From: a virus
Length of the DNA: 64,000 nucleotides
Virus record (IMG/VR): IMGVR_UViG_3300037509_000067
Location: 30,952 to 94,951 of that record
Strand: one strand, 5' to 3'
Shown: positions 26,145 to 34,920 of the stretch, one piece after another
Layout of the letters: each line of letters opens with the position of its first letter
Numbering within the stretch: position 1 is the stretch's first letter
Notes under the pieces: generated by a model
What the model was told of the DNA's origin: nothing
The model's input: the letters and a program-made list of their open reading frames with translations, nothing else
Databases searched by the model: none
Position numbers and translations under genes: made by a program

Positions 26145-26438
26145 ATGCCAATTCTCCAGCGAGACGCCAATAACAACACCGTCAGCATCAAAACCCTGAA
26201 CGATATCAATCCAGGCGATCCGCTAGCTGTGCAGATTGCCCAGACATTGAATGCAACCGACTCCATCGTTCAAACCAACATCGGTGGAACCAATAGCGCT
26301 ATAGCACCTGCGCCAACAGCTAACACAGGACTAAATGGCATTCTCAAAGGGCTTTGGCAAGACGCAGCTAATCGCTTTCTTTCCCTCTCTTCCGAGCAAG
26401 TAAAAGCCCCTGGCTCAACACCAGGGGCTTTTTTCTAG
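26145..26438 (+). CDS. Hypothetical, possibly truncated structural-type protein
   Basis: N/T/G-rich; last codons run through a terminator hairpin. Confidence 0.45.
   Translation: MPILQRDANNNTVSIKTLNDINPGDPLAVQIAQTLNATDSIVQTNIGGTNSAIAPAPTANTGLNGILKGLWQDAANRFLSLSSEQVKAPGSTPGAFF
26402..26435. terminator. Bidirectional intrinsic terminator
   Basis: AAAAGCCCCTGG / CCAGGGGCTTTT between convergent genes. Confidence 0.65.
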
Positions 26439-26563
26439 ATGAACCAAATGAGTAGCTTGTGCGTATTATACGCGCTGATTTGTTAGACTAGCCTCTCAAT
26501 TACGCTGGGATACCACCGCAGCTGCTGACAAGTTTTGTTAGACCCGTTCCCCTCCTGTTTTAC

Positions 26564-27145
26564 CTACCTAATTGGTGGAGGCACAGGGTTGGAGTAAGCA
26601 GTGAGCGGACGCGGGTTGTTACTCACATCTGCCACTAACCTTAGATTAATAGTGGTAGCGCTAGACTCATCCAATTCCATTTCTTCTGCATTACCAAAAG
26701 CCTGCAAACTACGTCCAGATAGCCCGGTGCCGCCTGCACTGCGACTTGATTCCTTGCTGAATCCCCCATAAGAGACAGCCCTTCTTTCGGCTCCCCAGTC
26801 AACTTCTGGGGAATGGCGCGTTTTTTCAGGGGTGAAGGTAACTGACACTACGCCTAGGGTTGGATCGTCTTTGGACAGCCCGATGCTCACACCCTCTTTA
26901 CTATTGGCTTCATAAAAGGTAAACAGCCCGCAATCATGAGCAGGGCGCTCAATTGGTATTACATCCTTAGGGGGAATTCGCCATGTCCCTTGATGCTTCC
27001 CATCAATCTCAACACGGGCGTTGCAGCGAGTTGAGTTGTTGTTTCTCAGTACAAGAGAATAATGAGAACCGTGCTGCATCAGAACGTATCCGCCCGCTTC
27101 TTCCTTCCCATCTACAACTCGAACAGAATAATTGTTTAAGAACAT
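26564..27145 (-). CDS. Conserved-looking hypothetical protein (inverted accessory gene)
   Basis: YSLVLRNNN...ARVEIDGK...IERP...FTF beta-rich fold. Confidence 0.75.
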   Translation of the reverse strand: MFLNNYSVRVVDGKEEAGGYVLMQHGSHYSLVLRNNNSTRCNARVEIDGKHQGTWRIPPKDVIPIERPAHDCGLFTFYEANSKEGVSIGLSKDDPTLGVVSVTFTPEKTRHSPEVDWGAERRAVSYGGFSKESSRSAGGTGLSGRSLQAFGNAEEMELDESSATTINLRLVADVSNNPRPLTAYSNPVPPPIR

Positions 27146-27474
27146 CTGGTTTGTGATTGCCGTAGAGTCTACGCTTTGATACTAACAAAAGAAAACCGCC
27201 CCTCAATCCCGGCTTGATAGGCGATCGCTTAGCTTTAGGTTTCTTCTTGGGTGGCTGGGGTGGCATGGATTTGGTTGATAGACTTGAATTGTGCCGAGCA
27301 AACCCTATTTAATAGTTTGTTTGAGCTAAAACTTGGCACACACTCATGGGTGCCCAATTCAGTTCATGGATATTTCCTTCTCGATCTTGCATGTAAGGCA
27401 TGGCGGTATCTTGTGGAGAGTCCTAACCTTATATTAATAGCAGGCAGCTCTCGGCTCTCAACCTTTTACCCCTC

Positions 27475-28203
27475 ATGCAAACTGACTCGCCCCCAATAGA
27501 TAAGCCACGCCCTTGGACGCAGCAGGAGTGTCGTGATCGCTACGTCCGTGGCACGAAGATCAGTTTGAAAGAGCTAGCAGTAGAGTCAGGGAATTCTTAT
27601 AAAACCATTAACAACTGGTCTCGGTTTGACGAGCCGAGGTGGTCTATCCAACGGAAAACCTTTGAGGCTGAGGTGAGGTCGAAGAGTGATAACAAGATAC
27701 TTGAGAAGACCAGTGATCTCACGTCTGATTTAGCCGTTGAACACCTTAATAGTTACCAGTCTGCACGGAAGGTTGCAGACGCCTACTTCCAGTGGCAGAA
27801 CCAGAGGATAGAGGAAGTCAAGGGCGTTCCAGAGCGACTAGAAGCCGAATTGAAATCAATCCGAGCCAGCAACATTAATTTTTGGCTTCTCTCCTTAGAA
27901 CGAGCAATCAACGGAGAACGGTTGGCGGCTGGTCTGGAGTGGGAGAATGTTCCCAAAGCGATCGCCTTTCTACAGAAGCTTGGTTATGTTATTACTGACC
28001 CTTCCCTCCCGCCTGCAACCGACGCCGAAGCAGAGCTTGAAGCTACGCCCAAAGGCTTCACCGACGAACAGGCAGGAGATATCAGAGCTAGAATCCTCGG
28101 TATTCCGCAAGGGACCACCAGTTCTACTCCCCTATCAGGCGAGGTGGATATCTGGCACAAAGAGGATTCAGATAGCCGAGAAGTCGCGCCGAGTCGGGAT
28201 TAG
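27475..28203 (+). CDS. Terminase small subunit-like protein
   Basis: N-terminal HTH (ISLKELAVESGNSYKTINNW); GFTDEQAGDIRARILGI resembles the end of Mu gp27-like proteins; precedes TerL. Confidence 0.7.
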   Translation: MQTDSPPIDKPRPWTQQECRDRYVRGTKISLKELAVESGNSYKTINNWSRFDEPRWSIQRKTFEAEVRSKSDNKILEKTSDLTSDLAVEHLNSYQSARKVADAYFQWQNQRIEEVKGVPERLEAELKSIRASNINFWLLSLERAINGERLAAGLEWENVPKAIAFLQKLGYVITDPSLPPATDAEAELEATPKGFTDEQAGDIRARILGIPQGTTSSTPLSGEVDIWHKEDSDSREVAPSRD

Positions 28204-29440
28204 TTGGGCTGATGCTGCGTTGTCTGCGCTCGACGCTTCTTGTATTAACGGCTGTGATACAAGCTATGTTGGTTACAATCACCAAATGGCAGAGCAATAC
28301 ATCACTGATGTAGCGTTCTGGGCTAAAGCTTATCAGATGATTGCCTCAACTATTGAGACAACAGTGTTGGAGGACGAAGGGAAAGATATTCTTGTCTATC
28401 GGGTCAAGTTTGCTACGGGATTCAAGGTGACAGCGCTCTCCTCTCGACCTTCTAACCTGCGATCGCGCAAAGGTAAGTTAGTCTTGGATGAGGCTGCGTT
28501 CCATGACGACTTAGGGGAACTCTTGAAGGCGGCTAATGCAATCGTGATGTGGGGTGGCTCTCGCCCTGGATTAGTGCGAATTATCTCAACTCATAATGGC
28601 GTTAACAACCGTTACAATCAGCTGTGCGAGGATGTTCGTTCTGGCAAACTGGACTACGACTTGCATCAAGTAACGTTATCTGATGCGATCGCCGACGGAC
28701 TCTTCAAGCGGATCTGCCTGATTAATGGGGAAGAATGGACGCTTGAGAAAGAATTCGCTTGGTACACTCAGCTCTACAAGGACTATGGTATCGGCGCTGA
28801 TGAAGAGCTAGGCTGCATCCCGCTTGACGTGAAGGGTGGTGGCATTGTCTTCAATCGCACCTGGTTTGAGATTGTCGATACCCACCCTCCCGTTCTCACG
28901 GCTCAAGTGCGTTTTTGGGATATGGCGTCAACTGCCCGCGAGTTCAATGCCGATGCTTTTTACACGGCGGGGCTGCATCTTGGTCGGGTTGGCAATGATT
29001 ACTACATTCTTCATCTATTGGCTGAGCAAGTTGGTCCAACAGACGGTGATGATTTGATTGTTGCAACAGCAAGCCAAGACGGTCGAAGGGTGCCTGTGCG
29101 TTGGGAATTAGAAGGTGGTTCTGCTGGGTTGAAGGTGGAGGCTAACTTGCGATCGCGTCTTCAAGGATTCGACGCCAGGGGAGTGAAGCCACTGGGCGAT
29201 AAATTGACCCGTGCCAAGCCCGTGGCAGGTGAAGCGAAGCGGGGTAATATTAAGTTGCTACGTGGTGCCTGGAATCAGATGTTTTTAGACGCTGTCCACG
29301 GGTTTGATGGGACTAGTCAGATACTGGTTAACGACGTGACAGACGCACTTTCAGGGGCTTATGGGGAAATTAGCAAGCCGGTGCTGGAGCCTGACTTTGG
29401 CACAATGGGAGATATTCAGTCCGTAACTAGTAGTTGGTAA
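27947..29440 (+). CDS. terL: Terminase large subunit (true start uncertain)
   Basis: LLPYQ, KSRRVG Walker A, LVLDEAAFH Walker B, RFWD nuclease motif. Confidence 0.92.
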   Translation: MFPKRSPFYRSLVMLLLTLPSRLQPTPKQSLKLRPKASPTNRQEISELESSVFRKGPPVLLPYQARWISGTKRIQIAEKSRRVGISWADAALSALDASCINGCDTSYVGYNHQMAEQYITDVAFWAKAYQMIASTIETTVLEDEGKDILVYRVKFATGFKVTALSSRPSNLRSRKGKLVLDEAAFHDDLGELLKAANAIVMWGGSRPGLVRIISTHNGVNNRYNQLCEDVRSGKLDYDLHQVTLSDAIADGLFKRICLINGEEWTLEKEFAWYTQLYKDYGIGADEELGCIPLDVKGGGIVFNRTWFEIVDTHPPVLTAQVRFWDMASTAREFNADAFYTAGLHLGRVGNDYYILHLLAEQVGPTDGDDLIVATASQDGRRVPVRWELEGGSAGLKVEANLRSRLQGFDARGVKPLGDKLTRAKPVAGEAKRGNIKLLRGAWNQMFLDAVHGFDGTSQILVNDVTDALSGAYGEISKPVLEPDFGTMGDIQSVTSSW

Positions 29441-29673
29441 ACTACCTACACCAACCTGAGTACAGGTGGGGGTACTCGTTACACTCGATATATCCCACTA
29501 TAGCTAGAGGGGGAGCCTCCTACCGATGAAAGGTGAAGGTAGCGATGTTTGAATTGCAAAATAGTAGCCTGATAGAAAGAGAAGAGGTGGTAATAGTCAA
29601 CTGCTGCGGGGACAAGCCCACGCAGTCTTCTCGGCGGTAATAATAAAGCCAGAAAAAGCTAAAAGGAGATTAA

Positions 29674-30189
29674 GTGGCCGAAGATGAATCGTGGATTTAT
29701 ACAGACAAAACCACTGGCGAGAGCGAGAGTGATTTCAAACACGGTGGATATGGCATTGATATCCTAGAACTGTTCTACAAACATAGGCATTCTCTCCATG
29801 AGCTTATTTCTAAACTTCCTCCGTTCGATCAGGTATTTGAAGTACATGGAGAATTTTTTATTGGATGGCTAATGGAACGAGAAGGTCACGACATTGTCCT
29901 TACTTCAGATTGTGGGAATGAATTGCAATTAATGGAAAACCCCACCCAACAGCTTATTGAGCAACACGAACGAATACGTCCTGTAGTGTTACTGACACGA
30001 CTTGCAAAAGACAATGACACGCCTTGGACTGAAGACACGGGTGCAACTTGGCTTGAGATTTCTCCTGAAGGTCTAGCAGAAAGGATGCTGAGCATGTATA
30101 AATCGATTGATTATCTTGAATGGCCTCACGATACGCTTGTCTGTCGGGCTGTCCGAGTTGAAGATTTAGCTAAATACAACCTGGAGTAG
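29674..30189 (+). CDS. Hypothetical protein, tandem paralog 1
   Basis: Shares TTGES, ILELFY.HRH and EREGH.IVL.SDC with the next ORF. Confidence 0.7.
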   Translation: MAEDESWIYTDKTTGESESDFKHGGYGIDILELFYKHRHSLHELISKLPPFDQVFEVHGEFFIGWLMEREGHDIVLTSDCGNELQLMENPTQQLIEQHERIRPVVLLTRLAKDNDTPWTEDTGATWLEISPEGLAERMLSMYKSIDYLEWPHDTLVCRAVRVEDLAKYNLE

Positions 30190-30196
30190 AAAATTA

Positions 30197-30445
30197 ATGG
30201 CTGAAGAGTGGGGCTACGGTGACAGAACCACCGGTGAGTCTAGCGATCGCTGGTTCAGGAGTAGCGGGATTTTAGAGTTGTTTTACGAACACCGGCATTG
30301 TATTAATAAACTCTATTCCGAAATTGGTGGATTTAATCTTGACGTGTTGGGTGTCGGAATAGAGCCAATTGAGTGGCTGATAGAAAGAGAAGGTCACGAG
30401 ATTGTTCTTGAGTCTGATTGCGAAAACGAGATACCGTTAAATTAA
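30197..30445 (+). CDS. Hypothetical protein, tandem paralog 2 (shorter)
   Basis: Same shared motifs as 29674-30189. Confidence 0.65.
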   Translation: MAEEWGYGDRTTGESSDRWFRSSGILELFYEHRHCINKLYSEIGGFNLDVLGVGIEPIEWLIEREGHEIVLESDCENEIPLN

Positions 30446-30496
30446 ATGATGACATTCAGGACATCACTTCATTTGACCATCTGGGACTAATTAAGT

Positions 30497-31783
30497 ATGC
30501 GATCGCCCTTTCCCACCCCTGGACGAAATAAAAAACTAGAGAATATTTGGCAATCTCTCTCTGGCTTTGTTCGCTCTTTGCTGCCTGGACAGCAGCGATC
30601 GCTCGTTATTAATCCCAACTACGAATTTGTTGGCGATGCTACCTCGATTAGTCGCCAGTACGATTTAGAAATTGAAGAGTATCCGGTTCGTGACCCCATT
30701 CGAGCCACGATGTTGATAGAAATGCTGGAGTATTGCCCGGAAGTGGCAACCAGTATTGATATTCTTCGTAAGAGCTGCCTGTTGTCTGACGACGGCGATG
30801 ATTTTGGATTTACTGTCGCCGAAACGTTAAACGATAAGTCGCCTGTTGACCCCCAGGTTTACAAAATCCTGATGAACTTAATTGAAACCATTTTGTATGG
30901 ACAGACCCTTGAGCCAGCAGTAGATCGGATGCTTGGCGCTGGGGACTGTTTTGCTGTCCTCGGCACGGATCGATCGGTGTCTCGGCTCACCAAGTTTCTC
31001 CCCCTGCCTACTTGGGAGATCTTTCGAGTTGAAGACAATAAAGGGGAGCTTCTGGGATTTCAGCAACGGCGAAGCTTAGCAGATGCGAATCCAATTCAGT
31101 TTCACCCAATTAACCTTGTTCACTGGCGGTATCGGCGCAAGAACTTATACGGGCGTGCTCTATTTAGGGAGTCAGCGGTTTGCGGGGACTGGGAGCGACT
31201 CAAGGCAGCAACCAATGACTTAGCCAGTGCAGCTAGAAGTATTGGCATTAACCCGACCCTGCACATCATGCCTGCTTGCATGGGTGAGGATTACCGGGAC
31301 AAATACAAACTCCTCTACGAGGAGCGAATGAAAGCAGGAGCCGTAACTGATTTCTATCTGATGAATGGGGCTGATCTCAAGAAACTATCTCAGACCAACC
31401 CTGACTTAAAAGCCTTAATTGATACAGTCCAACTGTGGCGTAGCCGAATTGTCATGAAAGCCCAAATCCCCCCTTGGATGTTCGGCTTAGGAACTGAGGG
31501 AGCTAGAGAAATTGCAGGGCAACCAGCTCTATTCTTTGCTCGTCATGTTAACGATTTGCGAACAGCCTTTTCGACCGGACTTCGACATATTTTTAATCTG
31601 GAGCTAGCCTTGCACGGCTTCAGACCTGAGGAATGGCGTTATAGGATTATCTATCCTAAAATTTATGTAGATCCGTTGGAACGCCAGGATGACCCTGTAG
31701 AGGCAGGTGAGGCTAATACTTCAGGAATTGAAGATTTAGACTTTGTAAAAATTAATAGTAATGGCAATGGTTCACACCATTGA
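30497..31783 (+). CDS. Portal protein
   Basis: Follows TerL; 428 aa; HWRYRR..LYGRAL and IPPWMFG motifs. Confidence 0.8.
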   Translation: MRSPFPTPGRNKKLENIWQSLSGFVRSLLPGQQRSLVINPNYEFVGDATSISRQYDLEIEEYPVRDPIRATMLIEMLEYCPEVATSIDILRKSCLLSDDGDDFGFTVAETLNDKSPVDPQVYKILMNLIETILYGQTLEPAVDRMLGAGDCFAVLGTDRSVSRLTKFLPLPTWEIFRVEDNKGELLGFQQRRSLADANPIQFHPINLVHWRYRRKNLYGRALFRESAVCGDWERLKAATNDLASAARSIGINPTLHIMPACMGEDYRDKYKLLYEERMKAGAVTDFYLMNGADLKKLSQTNPDLKALIDTVQLWRSRIVMKAQIPPWMFGLGTEGAREIAGQPALFFARHVNDLRTAFSTGLRHIFNLELALHGFRPEEWRYRIIYPKIYVDPLERQDDPVEAGEANTSGIEDLDFVKINSNGNGSHH

Positions 31784-31815
31784 TGCAATCAACTTTTGGA
31801 GTAAGTAGCAACTGA

Positions 31816-33210
31816 ATGGCGAGAGAACTCATATTTGAAGAGCCTCAATCAGCGATGCTGGCTTTCTTTTTGTCGGAAGACTTGGCGAATGCGATCGCAC
31901 TTCCAGGTGGGGAACCACCAGAAGATCTACATCTGACCTTGGTATATTTCGGTGAGCAAGTCAGCTTCCCTATAGACCAACTGCAATCCCTCCTGAAGGA
32001 GAAATGCCGAACAATGCCTCCCCTCACTGGTCGAATTGCTGGTATAGGGCGATTCAGCGCAGAAGGGCGATCAGGAGATGAAGATGTGATTTATGCGTCG
32101 TTTGATTCACCAGGTTTGCTAAAGCTAAGGGATGAGCTTCTGGTTTGTGTCCAAGCCGCTGGATTGGAACCAGATACAACTCATGGGTATACCCCGCATG
32201 TCACCTTAGCCTATGTCGATCCCGATCAAGAAGTAGACTTGAATTTACCTTTTGTAGAGGTTGAATTTTCGATTATTACTCTAGCGATTGGAGATAACTA
32301 CTACGATTTTGAATTATTAGAAGAATCTGTTACTAGCACGGATAAGCCTTCTGTCTCAAGAATTGACTGGAGGGTGAATGATAACGTTATCATTCACCCT
32401 CCAAGTACTGTAGACTCAATCAATGAAGCTATAGAAGAGGTAAATTGGCTTACCCCAGCGCAACTAGAGCCACTTCGACCAGAAGAGATTGTAGTTATCA
32501 CCTTTGTTGGGGCTGACAATCTCCTTAACAGAGGACTGGGTAAGTGGGATGTCAACGACTTGCCCAAATTAGCGGCGCTGCTACCGGGGTTGCGCCTAAC
32601 ACTAGACCACGATTGGGATCAGGTGAGTAAGGTACGAGGAGTTATCTTTGAGGCGAGATCGACCTATGAGCCGGTTCCCTCAATAGATCCCGATCATTGG
32701 ACTCGACCGGATCTGACATATAGCAAAGACGGCAGAAATTACGCCGTTTTTACCGCAAAGAAAGACAAATTAGCGCCTATTGCCCGTGCAGGGAATTTTG
32801 AATGGAATCGCAGGATTGTGGCAGAGGAAGGCTATCAGACTTGTGAATTCGATGTCGCATTCCCTGCTAATAGTCCAGCGCTCCAAGGATTAAGATTTGG
32901 TCATCTCTCATCAATTTCACTAGGTGGGTTTAACTACAAAGACCACATCTGCCCTTTGTGCAAAACTTCGTTTTCAAATGAGCGCTGCCCTCATTTTATT
33001 CCTGAAGCTTGGGCGGGAAGGACTCACGAGACCGACGAACAGGTAGCCCCTTACTTTATTCGATCGGGGGTATTCGATCTGACAGAAGCTTCTATTGTTC
33101 TCAATCCGAACCTGCCAGGGGCAGGGGTTAAACAAAGGGGGATGTCTCTAGCTGGTGTTCCGATCTTATCGGGAGCAACTAAACAATATTCTCCCTCAAT
33201 GCCCAACTGA
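31816..33210 (+). CDS. 2H phosphoesterase domain fused to a putative prohead protease
   Basis: H39-L-T41 and H128-V-T130; C-terminal LDHDW, SISLG, ICPLC...CPH. Confidence 0.75.
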   Translation: MARELIFEEPQSAMLAFFLSEDLANAIALPGGEPPEDLHLTLVYFGEQVSFPIDQLQSLLKEKCRTMPPLTGRIAGIGRFSAEGRSGDEDVIYASFDSPGLLKLRDELLVCVQAAGLEPDTTHGYTPHVTLAYVDPDQEVDLNLPFVEVEFSIITLAIGDNYYDFELLEESVTSTDKPSVSRIDWRVNDNVIIHPPSTVDSINEAIEEVNWLTPAQLEPLRPEEIVVITFVGADNLLNRGLGKWDVNDLPKLAALLPGLRLTLDHDWDQVSKVRGVIFEARSTYEPVPSIDPDHWTRPDLTYSKDGRNYAVFTAKKDKLAPIARAGNFEWNRRIVAEEGYQTCEFDVAFPANSPALQGLRFGHLSSISLGGFNYKDHICPLCKTSFSNERCPHFIPEAWAGRTHETDEQVAPYFIRSGVFDLTEASIVLNPNLPGAGVKQRGMSLAGVPILSGATKQYSPSMPN

Positions 33211-33565
33211 TCACCTCGCTCCGGCTCCTCATACCAGTTTTTCGCAACATACTCGATACGTGTGACTCAACCGTCCGGGGGTTCCGTCCTATCTCCCTTG
33301 CAATCTCTGAGTTAGACAAACCCTTGCACAGTAGGGGCAATACCTTTGCTTCAGCTTTGCTGATTGCTGGACTGAACCTCAGCCTCTGTTCAACAGTTTT
33401 GCTTGAATTGAGCCGAGCCAGTAGCGCGTCACTGAGTTCGTGTGTTGGGATGTAGTCCAACAGCATCGCCCATAGCCGCTTCACTTGGGCGATGCTGAGG
33501 TTCTCTGCGTTGTCCAAGATTTCATCAACTAGCCGGTTCAGTTCAGCTTCAAGAATGGTTTTCAT
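33179..33565 (-). CDS. LuxR-type HTH regulator without receiver domain
   Basis: KGLSNSEIAREIGRNPRTVESHVSSMLRK. Confidence 0.88.
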   Translation of the reverse strand: MKTILEAELNRLVDEILDNAENLSIAQVKRLWAMLLDYIPTHELSDALLARLNSSKTVEQRLRFSPAISKAEAKVLPLLCKGLSNSEIAREIGRNPRTVESHVSSMLRKTGMRSRSEVISWALRENIV

Positions 33566-33578
33566 TCTGATGGGTTGG

Positions 33579-34130
33579 CTATCTGTTAGTAATTACAGGT
33601 GCGATCGCTCTCTTCTTCCTCAGCTCAGGCATCCAGTGAGGGTGTTCGTAATTCTCCGTCAGCCACTGGTAAGCGTTGTAGTTCCACTCAGCGTCGGCTA
33701 GCGCATTGTGTTCGGTTGTCGATTGGTCTGGTAGTTTTACCCCACCCAAGTCATCGATCCACTGTTTTAGGTCATATGTCACCCAGGGGAGAACATCGGG
33801 CATCCCTACCATTGAACCAAAGCACTGAGCCAGCCTGACATGATCGTAGTCAGCATAGTAAGCGACAAGCTCAACTTTTTCGTTGGTAATTGACTGGACA
33901 AATTCGAGAATGTGATCGCCTAGCTCATGTTCCCTCACCCAAATGGGCTTAGTCGGCACCTCTATGTAAGGCAGTACATTCTGTTTGATCCACTCCGGGG
34001 CGGTAGCTTGGTCATAGTCGCTATTGGCTAAGTAGAGGGATACTCCAGGGCGTAAAAACATACCTAGGGTGATTGGCTTGATAATCTTGCCGTCTTCCTC
34101 GAATTCCCAGTCGTAGAAGATTTTTACCAT
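33579..34130 (-). CDS. DEDDh 3'-5' exoribonuclease (Rv2179c / RNase AS-like)
   Basis: FYDWEFEEDG, YADYDHV, HNALADA. Confidence 0.85.
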   Translation of the reverse strand: MVKIFYDWEFEEDGKIIKPITLGMFLRPGVSLYLANSDYDQATAPEWIKQNVLPYIEVPTKPIWVREHELGDHILEFVQSITNEKVELVAYYADYDHVRLAQCFGSMVGMPDVLPWVTYDLKQWIDDLGGVKLPDQSTTEHNALADAEWNYNAYQWLTENYEHPHWMPELRKKRAIAPVITNR

Positions 34131-34212
34131 TTGACTTAAGTTTTTAACTTTCTAGTTTTTGCTATTTAACAGCGATAATACTATTAAACACTCACGGCTA
34201 GGGAGCGATCAC

Positions 34213-34443
34213 ATGGCTGACCCAGATGAGCTTGAAAGAATAATAATCACTTATTGCCCAAGTTGCGGCGGCGATGAGATTGCTGTATTAAACGGACAAT
34301 ACATCTGTACAACTCCAGGATGTGGAGCCAAGTGGGACTTGCTTTTAGGATTAGGTAAGTGCGTCCCTTGGACGGAAGAGATGTCAGCGCGTGCCAAAAC
34401 CCTAACAGAAGGCGTTGAAATCGATAATACTAAACAAGGTTGA
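34213..34443 (+). CDS. Small Zn-ribbon protein
   Basis: CPSCG...CTTPGC. Confidence 0.6.
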   Translation: MADPDELERIIITYCPSCGGDEIAVLNGQYICTTPGCGAKWDLLLGLGKCVPWTEEMSARAKTLTEGVEIDNTKQG

Positions 34444-34658
34444 AAATAATGGCTCAAACCGGTGGACGGATTCATTCAAGCGATGCTTCTCGGATTGGAA
34501 ATGTTACGGGTATTAAGCCGGAGGACTGGCAAGGTGAGCCAAACTTGACGCCACCATGCACATCAGGCGATAGCTCTTGCAACACAAGTCGATCAGAGAA
34601 GCTTAAAGACTTGGAATTGCCAGAGTTCACGCGTACAACATATCGTCGTTACGATTAA
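34440..34658 (+). CDS. Hypothetical small protein
   Basis: Coupled to the previous ORF. Confidence 0.4.
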   Translation: MKIMAQTGGRIHSSDASRIGNVTGIKPEDWQGEPNLTPPCTSGDSSCNTSRSEKLKDLELPEFTRTTYRRYD

Positions 34659-34860
34659 AAAACGGTTATGACCTTATTGTGCCAATAGTGTAAGGGTGGA
34701 GTTAATGCGCGATTTTCTTCGTTTTCTTTTAGAGAGGCTAGGGTTCTCCAACGGTGTGATTGCCAAGGGAAACTATGTAATACCAGATTTAGAAGAGATT
34801 AAGCAACGATCAGCTACCAAAAAAGACGCAAAATAGAGTACTACGGTGGTGCAATTTAGC

Positions 34861-34891
34861 AAACAGCCCACGCATCAAGCGTGGGCTGTTT
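34861..34891. terminator. Intrinsic terminator downstream of the fibre gene
   Basis: AAACAGCCCACGC / GCGTGGGCTGTTT. Confidence 0.65.
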
Positions 34892-34920
34892 GCCGTAGTC
34901 AGACTTGAACTGCGGGTGGC

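Noticed and set aside
33492-33838. Plus-strand ORFs over the LuxR and RNase genes
   Set aside because: Shadow ORFs of motif-supported minus-strand genes.
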